Source: Burkholderiales bacterium | GTDB lineage: Bacteria > Pseudomonadota > Gammaproteobacteria > Burkholderiales > SG8-39 | NCBI GenBank assembly: GCA_027493935.1 | Contig: JAOSJV010000010.1 | Location: 814,483-878,482 of the forward strand | Length of the DNA: 64,000 bases | Direction of reading: 5' to 3' | Part shown: positions 20,649 to 31,999 of the stretch, one piece after another | How positions within the stretch are numbered: the first letter of the stretch is position 1 | How the letters are laid out: each line of letters begins with the position of its first letter | Position numbers and translations under genes: made by a program | The notes under the pieces: generated by a model | The model's input: the letters and a program-made list of their open reading frames with translations, nothing else | Told to the model about the DNA's origin: nothing | Databases searched by the model: none

Positions 20649-21482
20649 TTGCGCCATCTGGCAGAATGGCGAGCCTCTGGCGTGGCCACCCGCCCACACA
20701 GCAAGGAGTCGAAGAGCTCGATCCAGGTGATCGAGCGCATGTCGAAGTTGATCGGCGTGCTCGGCGAGTCGCCGAACGCGGTCGGGCTGAAGCAGATCGC
20801 GGCGGCGGCCGGGTTGCATCCGTCCACCGCGCACCGCATTCTCACCGCGCTGGTGAACGATCGCCTGGTCGAGCGCGTCGACCAGGGCAGCTACCGGCTC
20901 GGGCTGCGCCTGCTCGAGCTCGGCAACCTGGTGAAATCGCGCATCAGCGTGCGCGAGCACGCGCTGCCGCTGATGCGCGAGCTGCATGCCGCGACCGGCG
21001 AGGCGGTGAACCTCTCGGTGCGGCGCGACGACGAGATCGTCTACATCGAGCGCACCTCGAGCGGCCGCTCCCTCATGCGCGTGGTGAATATCATCGGCGC
21101 GCGCGCGCCGCTGCACCTGACGGCGGTGGGCAAGCTCTTTCTCGCCGAGGAGGCGCCCGCGGGCGTCGCGGGCTACGCGGCGCGCACCGGTCTGCCCGCC
21201 TTCACGCGCAACTCCCTGCACACCCTCCCGGCGATCGAGAAGGAGCTCGAGAAGGTCCGCAAGCAGGGATACGCCACCGACAACGAGGAAGCCGAAATCG
21301 GCGTGCGCTGCATCGCGGCCGGGATTCGCGACGACGCGTGCCAGCTGGTCGCGGGCCTGTCGCTGTCGGCGCCGGCCGAGCGGATGAAGCCGCAGTGGGC
21401 CTGGCTCGTCCGGGAAACCGCGGAGCAGATCTCGCGCGCGATCGGCGCACCACCGGCCCGTCCCTTAGCCGGTGGACGGTAG
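20649..21482 (+). CDS. IclR-family transcriptional regulator
   Basis: wHTH region SIQVIERMSKLIGVLGESPNAVGLKQIAAAAGLHPSTAHRILTALV and an IclR effector domain (...GEAVNLSVRRDDEIVYIER...LHLTAVGKLFLA...GYATDNEEAEIGVRCIAAGI). The start is uncertain: TTG 20649 or GTG 20685. Confidence 0.85.
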   Translation: MRHLAEWRASGVATRPHSKESKSSIQVIERMSKLIGVLGESPNAVGLKQIAAAAGLHPSTAHRILTALVNDRLVERVDQGSYRLGLRLLELGNLVKSRISVREHALPLMRELHAATGEAVNLSVRRDDEIVYIERTSSGRSLMRVVNIIGARAPLHLTAVGKLFLAEEAPAGVAGYAARTGLPAFTRNSLHTLPAIEKELEKVRKQGYATDNEEAEIGVRCIAAGIRDDACQLVAGLSLSAPAERMKPQWAWLVRETAEQISRAIGAPPARPLAGGR

Positions 21483-21525
21483 AATGAGGGCATGATCGTT
21501 GCCAACGCGCCGGCAGGACCGTACG

Positions 21526-21894
21526 ATGTCTTTTGACGTCCGCGTCGTGACCGCGGCCGATTTCCTGCGTACCGACCCGCGCGGCGAGCTTGACGTCGAG
21601 CCGAGCCGCCGCGCGCTAGAGGACGTCATACGCGGCTGCGCCGGCCGGCCGCGCCACCACGTGCTGATCGACTGGCGCGAGGCGAACGGCGCGCTCTCGC
21701 TCTCGGATCTGTTCGAGCTCGCGGCCGACCTCGAGGTGCCGGAGGTGACGAGCGACCAGCGAATCGCGTCGCTGCATCCGAGTGCCGATGAGCTGAACCT
21801 CGGGCGCTACTTCGAGGTCTTCGCCGCCGCCCGCGGCTTCCGGTTCCAGCCGTTTACCGACGCCGCCGCCGCGCTCGCGTGGCTGGGCGAATAG
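21526..21894 (+). CDS. Hypothetical protein (122 aa)
   Basis: ATG 21526 (MSFDVRVVTAADFLRTDPRGELDVEPSRRALEDVIRG...). Protein-like composition. It sits 44 nt after the iclR-family gene. No family recognised. Confidence 0.5.
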   Translation: MSFDVRVVTAADFLRTDPRGELDVEPSRRALEDVIRGCAGRPRHHVLIDWREANGALSLSDLFELAADLEVPEVTSDQRIASLHPSADELNLGRYFEVFAAARGFRFQPFTDAAAALAWLGE

Positions 21895-21951
21895 CCCCGA
21901 TCCCCCCGCCCGGGCGTCGGTCCGCCACCGTCGGCGCCCGCGGCCCGCGCG

Positions 21952-22950
21952 TCAGACTGCGATCAGCAGGTGCACCGCGAACAGCCGGTCGGCGTCGGTC
22001 CACACGTGCAGCGGCTCGAAGCGCGCACGCCGCGCGAGCGCCTGAAACTCCTCCACCGAGTACTTGCACGAGATCTCGGTGTGGATGGTCTCGCCGGGAC
22101 GGAAGTCGAACCGCCGGCCGCCGAGGTGCACGAACTGCGCGTAGCGGCTCTCGAGGTGCATCTCGATGCGGCCGAGCGCCTCGTCGTAGAACGCCTTGTG
22201 CCGGAAGCGCTCGGGCCGGAAATCGCCGCCGAGCTCGCGGTTGATGCGCGCGAGGAGATTCAGGTTGAAGCGCGCGGTCACGCCCTGCGCGTCGTCGTAG
22301 GCCGCCTCCAGCATGCGCTTGTCCTTCTTGAGGTCGACGCCGATCAGGAGCCTCGCGCCGGTGCCGGCCAAGTCGCGCACGCCGCGCAGAAGCGCCACCG
22401 CCTCGCCGGGCGTGAAGTTGCCGATGGTGGAGCCGGGAAAATAGACCACCCTCAGCTTGAACGGAAACCCGATGAAGCTCGGCAGGCGCAGCGGCCGGGT
22501 GAAGTCGGCGCGCACCGCGCAGATGTTGAGCCAGGGGAACAGCGCGGCGATCTCGTCCGCGGCCGAGCGGAGCTGACGCTCGGCGATGTCGATCGGCACG
22601 TAGAGCGCAGGACGCGTCTGCGCGATGAGCAGCCGGGTCTTGACGCTCGCCCCCGAACCGAGCTCGATCAGCTCGGTGTCGGGCCCCACCATGCGCGCGA
22701 CCTCGGCAACGCTCGCCTCCATGATCGCCATCTCGGTGCGCGTCGGGTAGTACTCGGGCAGCGCGCAGATCTCCTCGAAGAGCTGCGAGCCCACATGATC
22801 GTAGAAGTACTTGGGCGAGAGCGCTTTCTGCGGCGCGGACAGTCCGCGCAGGCAGTCCTCGAGGAAGGACGCCTCGCCGGCGAGGCAGTCGTAGAACCGC
22901 ACGATCCCGAAGCGCCCCGCATGGGGGCGCCTCGCCCGCGGGGGCCTCAC
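21952..22950 (-). CDS. egtD: L-histidine N-alpha-methyltransferase EgtD (ergothioneine biosynthesis)
   Basis: SPKYFYDHVGSQLFEEICALPEYYPTRTEMAIM, ELGSGASVKTRLL, YFPGSTIGNF, AYDDAQGVTARFNLNLLARINRELG and HTEISCKYS are EgtD hallmarks. GTG 22950 overlaps the pbpG stop as GTGA; an alternative TTG start is at 22953. Confidence 0.9.
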   Translation of the reverse strand: MRPPRARRPHAGRFGIVRFYDCLAGEASFLEDCLRGLSAPQKALSPKYFYDHVGSQLFEEICALPEYYPTRTEMAIMEASVAEVARMVGPDTELIELGSGASVKTRLLIAQTRPALYVPIDIAERQLRSAADEIAALFPWLNICAVRADFTRPLRLPSFIGFPFKLRVVYFPGSTIGNFTPGEAVALLRGVRDLAGTGARLLIGVDLKKDKRMLEAAYDDAQGVTARFNLNLLARINRELGGDFRPERFRHKAFYDEALGRIEMHLESRYAQFVHLGGRRFDFRPGETIHTEISCKYSVEEFQALARRARFEPLHVWTDADRLFAVHLLIAV

Positions 22951-23924
22951 CAATAGCTGGTCGGGCTCGGGAACTGGACACGCACGCGGCTTCCGTAGCG
23001 GGAGCCGCTATCGTACGCCGTGCGCGCATTTGCTGCCCAGACCGGGTCCGGGCGCCGTACGCCGCCGTCCGCGCCTTCGACGCCGAGCGAGTCCTCGAGC
23101 CACGTGCGCAGCCGGTTCGCGTCACCGATCCGCGTGTACTTGCCGACCGAATCGAGCAGCACGATCACGAGCGGCCGCGCGGCGATGTTCGCCTGCATCA
23201 CCAGACAGCGCCCGGCAGCGCGGATGAATCCGGTCTTCTGCACGCCGATCGCCCAACTCGGGCTCGAGACCAGGCGGTTCGTGTTGCGGTAGGCGACCTT
23301 GCGCTTGCCGATCCGAACCTCGTGCGAACTCGCGGTCGAGTACTCGCGGATCAGCGGCTGGCGCGCGGACGCCTCGACCAGCCGGACGAGATCGCCCGCG
23401 CTGGAGACGTTCTCGGGCGAGAGCCCGGTCGGTTCGATGAAGCGCGAGTCGCTCATGCCGATCAGCTGGGCTCGCGCGTTCATCGCCTCGACGAACGCCT
23501 CGAGGCCGCCCGGATACGAGCGGCCGAGCGCCGCTGCGGCGCGGTTCTCCGAGGACATCAGCGCAAGCCGAAGCAGGTCGCGGCGGGTGAGCGTGACGCC
23601 GGACCGCAGCGACGAGCGCGCACGCGAGCCCCCGGCGATCGCCAGGTCCGCCTTGGTGATCGTGATCTCCTCGTCGAGCGGCAGGCTGGCGTCGAGGGTG
23701 ACGAGCGCCGTCATGAGCTTGGTGATCGAGGCGATCGGCACGACCGCGTCCTCGTTCTTGCTGTAGAGGACCTCGCGGGTCTCCTGATCCATCACGAGTA
23801 CCGCGGCGGAGCGCATCCTGGGACCGTCGGCGGCGGCGCGCGCCGGCTCCCGGGCAGCGACCGGGGCGCTCGCCGCGGCGACCAGAACGCTCGCCGCAAT
23901 CGCGTGCAGGAAACGCCCCGTCAT
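22947..23924 (-). CDS. pbpG: D-alanyl-D-alanine endopeptidase (peptidase S11, PBP7/PbpG-like)
   Basis: Signal peptide, then SxxK (PIASITKLMTA), SxN (MSSENRAA) and KTG (VQKTGFI) motifs in the correct order. Confidence 0.85.
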   Translation of the reverse strand: MTGRFLHAIAASVLVAAASAPVAAREPARAAADGPRMRSAAVLVMDQETREVLYSKNEDAVVPIASITKLMTALVTLDASLPLDEEITITKADLAIAGGSRARSSLRSGVTLTRRDLLRLALMSSENRAAAALGRSYPGGLEAFVEAMNARAQLIGMSDSRFIEPTGLSPENVSSAGDLVRLVEASARQPLIREYSTASSHEVRIGKRKVAYRNTNRLVSSPSWAIGVQKTGFIRAAGRCLVMQANIAARPLVIVLLDSVGKYTRIGDANRLRTWLEDSLGVEGADGGVRRPDPVWAANARTAYDSGSRYGSRVRVQFPSPTSYW

Positions 23925-24153
23925 GATCGGCCACCCCTTCCCTGAGAGTGTCCAGTGTAGCGGTGATGGCGGGGTTCGACAACGAAAATAACAGGATACG
24001 TGAACAAGCTCACATTAGGTGTCGGTTTTGATTGAATTCCGACGCCGACGCTTATGACCGCGGCATGGCGGCCGTTCGATCCGCAGCGCGGCGGAGGGTT
24101 CCGGGTGCCCGGCCGGCCGGAGCGCCCCCGGCGGCCCGGGCTAGAATCGCGCT

Positions 24154-24864
24154 GTGACGCAAGGCCAGACCGCGCTCGAGCTCGCCCCGCTCGTCCTCGC
24201 CATGCTCGGATTCGTCGGCGGCCATTTCGTGCTCTCGTGGCCCGTCGTGCGTGGCCGGCTGGTCGCCGCGCTCGGCGAGACGCCGTTCCTCGTCGTGTAC
24301 TCGCTCGTCGCCGCCGCCTTCCTGGTCTGGACGGTCGTCGCGTACCGCGCGGCGCCCTACATCGCGCTGTGGGAGCTCGGCGCGGCCGGGCGCGCGTTCG
24401 CGCTCGTGGTGATGCCCTTGGCGCTCGTACTGGCCGTGGTCGGGCTCGCGAGCCCGAGCCCGACCGCCGTCGGCGGCGAGCGCGCGCGCGATCTCGGGCG
24501 CGCCGTGCGCGGCATCACGACCATCACGCGCCACCCGTTCCTCTGGGGTGCCGCGCTTTGGGCGCTCGCCCATCTCGCCGCGAACGGGGATGCGGCGGCG
24601 CTGATTCTCTTCGGCGGCATGCTGGTCCTCGCGCTCGCCGGCATGGCGGCGATCGACCACAGGCGCGCGGCGCGGCTGGGCGAAGGCTGGCGTGCGTTCG
24701 CCGATCGCACCTCGGCGACGCCGTTCGCCGCGGCGGCGGCCGGACGCGTCGCGGTCGACTGGCGGGGCATCGGATGGGCGCGCCCGGCCGCGGGGCTCGT
24801 ACTCTACGCAGTGCTCCTCTATGCGCACCGGTGGCTGTTCGGCGTGCCCGTCCTCGCCGGCTGA
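24154..24864 (+). CDS. NnrU-family membrane protein
   Basis: GTG 24154. Polytopic protein with GITTITRHPFLWGAALWALAHLAANGD and AAIDHRRA, as in NnrU. Confidence 0.75.
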   Translation: MTQGQTALELAPLVLAMLGFVGGHFVLSWPVVRGRLVAALGETPFLVVYSLVAAAFLVWTVVAYRAAPYIALWELGAAGRAFALVVMPLALVLAVVGLASPSPTAVGGERARDLGRAVRGITTITRHPFLWGAALWALAHLAANGDAAALILFGGMLVLALAGMAAIDHRRAARLGEGWRAFADRTSATPFAAAAAGRVAVDWRGIGWARPAAGLVLYAVLLYAHRWLFGVPVLAG

Positions 24865-24897
24865 TTCAGGCAGGCGGGCGCACGTTCGCAAAGGCCC

Positions 24898-26781
<1,884 letters not shown>

Positions 26782-27010
26782 GGGCGGTTCTCCCGAAAGG
26801 TGCCCGGCGGCCGGGCTGCGCGCGCCGGGCGCCCCCGCCTGGTCGGCCGACCGCGGTCTCCCGTTGCAGCACGCAACCGGTTAGAAGGGGGATTCTAAAG
26901 CTTGGGCCACAAGCCCGAAATTCAAGTATTCCCAGGCATTTACCGTTCGCCTGCCGGCCTGGCCGGCAATGTCCGCGATCGACATCGGGTTGACATCCGC
27001 GGATGTATGG

Positions 27011-27028
27011 TTCAAACAGTCGTTTGAA
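27011..27028. promoter_or_regulatory. Perfect palindrome TTCAAAC-AGTC-GTTTGAA, candidate PsrA-type TetR operator
   Basis: Read directly, 26 nt upstream of the tetR ATG at 27054. It matches the published PsrA half-site pattern (C/G)AAAC-N2-4-GTTT(G/C). Confidence 0.6.
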
Positions 27029-27053
27029 CGACGAGCGATCGCGCGACCAGAGC

Positions 27054-27878
27054 ATGTTGAAAGCGACGTCCGCCCACGAGGCCCGCAACGGCGCCGATAC
27101 CCGCGAGCGGATCTTCGACGCGGCCGAAGCCCTGTTCCTCGAGCACGGCTTCGACGGCACCAGTATGCGCATGGTGACCGCGCGCGCGGGCGCCAACCTC
27201 GCCGCCGTGAACTACCACTTCGGCGGCAAGGAGGGGCTGTTCCGCGAGATGCTCGCGCGCCGACTCGACCCGCTGCACGAGGCGCGCCTCGCGTTGCTCG
27301 GCGAGCGCCGCCGCGGAGCACGTGGCCGGAGCCTCGGCTGCGCGGAGGTGCTCGCCGCGATGTTCATCCCGGCGCTCGCGCTCGCGCGCGATCGGGCGCG
27401 CGGCGGCCGCGACTTCCTGCGGCTGCTCGGCCGCGCGTACGTCGATCCCTCGCCGGTGCTGCGCGAGTTCCTATCGAACCGCTATGCGCCGACGATCGAG
27501 ACGTTCAAGGAGGCGTTCGCCGCAGCGCTGCCGGCCATCCCGCGGCAGGAGCTCGCCTGGCGGCTGCACTTCACGCTGGGCGCGCTCGCCTACACGCTCG
27601 CCGGCGCCGACGCCTGGCGGCTGATCGCGGCGCTCGATCCGCCGCCGTGTTCGTTGGCCGCCCCGTCTGCGGACGCGCGCGACACCGCGGACGACGAACG
27701 CCTGCTCGCCCGCCTGGCGCCGTATCTGATCGCGGGGCTGCAGGCGCCGCTGCCCGAGCTCGATGGCCGGACGGCGGCGCGCGCCGCGAGCGAATCCACC
27801 GCCCGCGCCGCGACGTACACCGGCGGGGACGGCCTGAGCCGGCACCGCACGCAACAGCAGCAAGGAGCAATGCAATGA
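27054..27878 (+). CDS. TetR-family regulator (PsrA/fatty-acid-responsive type) heading the beta-oxidation operon
   Basis: HTH region TRERIFDAAEALFLEHGFDGTSMRMVTARAGANLAAVNYHFGGKEGLF. The stop TGA 27876-27878 overlaps the fadE ATG 27875 (ATGA). Confidence 0.85.
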   Translation: MLKATSAHEARNGADTRERIFDAAEALFLEHGFDGTSMRMVTARAGANLAAVNYHFGGKEGLFREMLARRLDPLHEARLALLGERRRGARGRSLGCAEVLAAMFIPALALARDRARGGRDFLRLLGRAYVDPSPVLREFLSNRYAPTIETFKEAFAAALPAIPRQELAWRLHFTLGALAYTLAGADAWRLIAALDPPPCSLAAPSADARDTADDERLLARLAPYLIAGLQAPLPELDGRTAARAASESTARAATYTGGDGLSRHRTQQQQGAMQ

Positions 27879-30347
27879 CCGCAGCCGCCTGGATCGTCGG
27901 ATTCGCCGCGCTCGCGCTGGCGCTCGCCTACGCGGCGGCGCCGGGATGGCTGTGGACCGCGGCGGTCGGCGGCTTCCTGCTTGCGCTTGCGGCCGCCACC
28001 GCGATGCCGGTATGGGCGGCGGCGATCATGCTCGCCGCGTTCGCGATCGCCGCCGTGGCGCTGAACATCACGCCCATCAGGCGCCGGCTCCTGAGCGACC
28101 GGCTGCTCGCGATATTCCGCACGATCGCGCCGCCGATGTCGCAGACCGAGTCCGAGGCGCTGAACGCGGGAACGGTGTGGTGGGACGGCGACCTCTTCTC
28201 GGGCCGGCCCGACTGGGCGAAGCTGCTCGGCTTCCCGCAGCCGAAGCTCACCGCCGAGGAGCAGGCCTTCCTCGGCAACGAGTGCGAGGAGCTCTGCGCG
28301 ATGTCGAACGACTGGGAGCAGACGCATCACAACTACGATATGCCGCCCGAGGTGTGGCAGTACATCAAGGACAAGGGCTTCCTCGGCATGATCATCCCGA
28401 AGCGCTACGGCGGCAAGGAGTTCTCGGCGTACGCGCACTCGCAGGTGATCATGAAGCTCTCCACGCGCTGCAGCGCCACCGCGGTCACGGTGATGGTGCC
28501 GAACTCGCTCGGCCCGGCCGAGCTGCTGCTGCACTACGGCACCGAGGAGCAGAAGCGTCACTACCTGCCGCGCCTCGCGAAGGGGCTCGAGATCCCGGCG
28601 TTTGCGCTGACCAGCCCGCACGCCGGTTCGGACGCCGCCTCGATCCCGGACCGCGGCGTCGTGTGCAAGGGCACGTGGCAGGGCCGGGAGATCGTCGGCA
28701 TGCGCGTGACCTGGGACAAGCGCTACATCACGCTCGGCCCGGTCGCGACGCTGCTTGGCCTCGCGTTCCGGCTCTACGACCCGGACCACCTGCTCGGCTC
28801 CGAGGAGGACGTCGGCATCACCTGCGCGCTCGTTCCGACCGACACGCCGGGCGTCAACATCGGGCGGCGCCACATGCCGCTGAACGCGGTGTTCCAGAAC
28901 GGGCCGAACTGGGGCGAGGACGTCTTCATGCCGCTCGACTGGATCATCGGCGGGTCGAAGATGGCCGGCCAGGGCTGGCGCATGCTGATGGAGTCGCTCG
29001 CCGCCGGCCGCTCGATCTCGCTGCCCTCCTCCAACGTCGGCATGTCGAAGATGGCCGCGCGTACCACCGGCGCCTACTCCCGCGTGCGCGTGCAGTTCCG
29101 CACGCCGATCGGCAAGTTCGACGGCGTCGAGGAGCCGCTCACGCGCATCGGCGCCAACCTCTACATGATGGACGCGGCACGGGTGCTGACCGCCGGCGCG
29201 GTCGACCTCGGCGAGAAGCCCTCGGTGCTCTCGGCGATCGTCAAGTACCACGTCACCGAGCGCAACCGGCAGAACGTCAACGACGCGATGGACGTCCTCG
29301 GCGGCAAGGGCATCTGCCTCGGGCCGTCGAACTTCCTCGGCCGCGCCTACCAGCAGGTGCCGGTCTCGATCACCGTCGAGGGCGCGAACATCCTGACGCG
29401 CAGCATGATCATCTTCGGCCAGGGCGCGATCCGCTGCCACCCGTACGTGCTGAAGGAGATGGAGGCCACGCGCGAGCCGGACCGTCTCAAGGCGTCGGTG
29501 CAGTTCGACCGCGCGCTGTTCGGTCACATCGGGTTCATGGTCTCGAACGCAGTGCGCACGCTGATGATGGGGATGACCGGCTCGCACTGGGTGCGCGTTC
29601 CCGACGTCGCGCCGGAGACGCGCCGCTACTACCAGCAGCTCACGCGCTTCTCGAGCGCCTTCGCCTTCCTCGCCGACGTCTCGATGCTGGTGATCGGCGG
29701 CGCGCTCAAGCGCCGCGAGAAGCTCTCGGCGCGGCTCGGCGACATCCTATCGCTGATGTACCTCTGCTCGGCGACCCTCAAGCGCTACGAGAGCGAGGGC
29801 CGCCAGCCGGCCGACGCACCGCTCATGCACTGGGCGATCTGGGACGCGATGTTCAAGGCGCAGAACGCGTTCGAGGGCGTGATCGCGAACTTCCCGTCGC
29901 GACCCGTGCGGTGGTTGCTGCGCCGCTTCATCTTCCCGCTCGGGCGGCCGTACGTGGTGCCCTCCGACCGGCTCGGCCACGCGGCGGCGAAGCTGCTGAT
30001 CGAACCCACCGCGACGCGCGACCGCCTGACCGCCGGCATGTACCTGCCGAAGGACGAGGCCGACCCGCTCGGCTGCCTCGAGGCCGCGCTCGACGCCGCG
30101 ATCCGGGGCGAGGGCGTCGAGGCCCGCATCCGCGCCGCGCAGAAGTCCGGCGAAATCGCCGGCGAAACGCCCGAGGCGCTGGCGCGCGCCGCGCTCGAGA
30201 AAGGGGGTGATCGACGGCGCCGAGCACGCGGCGCTCGCGCGGGCACACGAGTTGCGCGAGCGCGTGATCCGCGTGGACGATTTCCCGCAGGATTTCGGGC
30301 TGTCGGAGTTCGTGAGCCGCCCGGCGCTCCGCAAGGCCGCGGCATGA
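27875..30347 (+). pseudogene. fadE: Large membrane-anchored acyl-CoA dehydrogenase FadE; one frame break at G5 30203-30207, 48 codons before the stop
   Basis: N-terminal TM helices, then GFLGMIIPKRYGGKEFSAYAHSQVIMKLS, ALTSPHAGSDAAS, GQGWRMLMESLAAGRSISLP and TVEGANILTRSMIIFGQGAIRCHPY, as in E. coli FadE. After ...ALARAALEKG the conserved tail (VIDGAEHAALARAHELRERVIRVDDFPQDF...RKAAA*) continues in the +1 frame to TGA 30345-30347. Confidence 0.9.
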
Positions 30348-30628
30348 CCGGCCGGTTGACGAACGCGGGCTGGCGACGGCGCGCCGCGCTGCTGCTGCTC
30401 GCGCTGCTCGCGCCGCTCGCGGCCCTCGGCGCCTGCTCGGTCACGCCGGACCACGAGAGCGTCGAGATCATCGATCGCTTCAAGGTCGGCCCGGTCGCGC
30501 TGCCGGCGTGCGTTGCGGCGGCGAAGCGCGCGAGCTACTGGTGCGGCCGCCGCATTCCGTCCGGCGACCAGTTCTACGCCGCCAAGTGCCTCGAGGCGGA
30601 GTGGGAGTACGCGCGCGCCTGCAATTGA
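30344..30628 (+). CDS. Small lipoprotein (94 aa)
   Basis: The ATG overlaps the fadE stop (ATGA). Signal peptide with lipobox LAALGAC, and a Cys-rich mature part (CVAAAKRASYWCGRR...AAKCLEAEWEYARAC). Confidence 0.6.
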   Translation: MTGRLTNAGWRRRAALLLLALLAPLAALGACSVTPDHESVEIIDRFKVGPVALPACVAAAKRASYWCGRRIPSGDQFYAAKCLEAEWEYARACN

Positions 30629-30677
30629 GGCGCGCGGAACCCGGCCGCAGCCGCACGCCGGACAAGGAGACTTCGAG

Positions 30678-31988
30678 ATGACCCGCAAGACCATCTACGT
30701 CGTCGACGGGGCGCGCACGCCGTTCCTCAAGGCGCGCAACCGCCCCGGGCCGTTTTCCGCGAGCGACCTCGCGACCCAGGCCGGCAAGCAGCTGCTCGCC
30801 CGCCAGCCATTCGCCCCCGACGAGCTCGACGAGGTGATCCTCGGGTGCGCCGCGCCGGCGGTCGACGAGGTGAACATCGGGCGCGTCGTCGCGCTGCGCA
30901 TGGGCTGCGGCCAGAAGGTGCCGGGCTGGACCGTGATGCGCAACTGCGCGTCGGGCATGCAGGCGCTCGACTCGGCCATCGCGAACATGGAAGTGGGACG
31001 CTCCGAGCTCGTGCTCGCCGGCGGCGTCGACGCGCTCTCGCGCGCGCCGCTGCTCCTCTCCGAGGCGATGGTCAACTGGCTCTCCGATTTCTATGCCGCG
31101 AGGACGCTGCCGCGCAAGGCGGCGGTCGTGGCGAAGCTGCGCCTGGCCTACCTCGCGCCGGTGCTCGGCATCATGAAGGGCCTCACCGACCCGAACGTCG
31201 GCCTCATCATGGGGCAGACCGCGGAGAACCTCGCCTACCGGTTCGGCCTCTCGCGCACGCAGCAGGACGAGTACGCGGTGCGCAGCCATCAGCGCGTCGC
31301 GCGCGCGCAGGACGAGGGCTGGTTCGCGGGCGACCCGCAGCACGGCCTCGCGGCCGAAGTCGCGCCGATCTTCGACGAGGCCGGCAAGCTGTACAAGGAC
31401 GACGACGGTCTGCGGCGCGACTCGTCGATCGAGAATCTCGCCAAGCTGAAGCCGTTCTTCGACCGCAAGTACGGCACGGTGACCGCGGGCAACAGCTCGC
31501 AGGTCACCGACGGCGCGGCGTGGCTCGTCCTCGCCACCGAGGACGCCGTGAAGCGCCACGGCCTCGCGCCGGTGGGCCGCATCGCCGACTCGCAGTGGGC
31601 GGCGCTCGACCCGGCGCAGATGGGGCTCGGGCCGGTGCACGCGGCGACGCCGATCCTGCGACGCCACCGCCTCGCGCTGAATGACCTCGACCTGTGGGAG
31701 ATCAACGAGGCCTTCGCCGCGCAGGTGCTCGCCTGCCTCGAGGCATGGAAGAGCGACGAGTACTGCACGACGCAGCTCGGGCTCGACGCCGCCGCGGGCG
31801 AGCTCGACGTGGACAGGCTCAACATCGACGGCGGCGCGATCGCGCTCGGCCACCCGGTCGGCTCGTCGGGCGCGCGGATCGTGTTGCACCTCGTGCACGC
31901 GCTCAAGCGCACCGGCGGCAGAAAGGGCATCGCCTCGATCTGCATCGGCGGCGGCCAGGGCGGCGCGATGCTGGTCGAGACAGTCTGA
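30678..31988 (+). CDS. Acetyl-CoA C-acyltransferase (thiolase)
   Basis: AAGGAGA RBS and ATG 30678. Active-site Cys in VMRNCASGMQAL, then NEAFAAQVL, and a C-terminal GGAIALGHPVGSSGARI...ICIGGGQGGAMLVE. Confidence 0.9.
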   Translation: MTRKTIYVVDGARTPFLKARNRPGPFSASDLATQAGKQLLARQPFAPDELDEVILGCAAPAVDEVNIGRVVALRMGCGQKVPGWTVMRNCASGMQALDSAIANMEVGRSELVLAGGVDALSRAPLLLSEAMVNWLSDFYAARTLPRKAAVVAKLRLAYLAPVLGIMKGLTDPNVGLIMGQTAENLAYRFGLSRTQQDEYAVRSHQRVARAQDEGWFAGDPQHGLAAEVAPIFDEAGKLYKDDDGLRRDSSIENLAKLKPFFDRKYGTVTAGNSSQVTDGAAWLVLATEDAVKRHGLAPVGRIADSQWAALDPAQMGLGPVHAATPILRRHRLALNDLDLWEINEAFAAQVLACLEAWKSDEYCTTQLGLDAAAGELDVDRLNIDGGAIALGHPVGSSGARIVLHLVHALKRTGGRKGIASICIGGGQGGAMLVETV

Positions 31989-31999
31989 AGGAGAGCACG

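Noticed and set aside
26969-30628. The 1219-aa ORF as a single giant protein.
   Set aside because: It is a concatenation in one frame of out-of-frame read-through of the tetR region, most of fadE, a junk linker after the G5 frameshift, and the separate 94-aa lipoprotein. The true fadE tail and its stop lie in the +1 frame.
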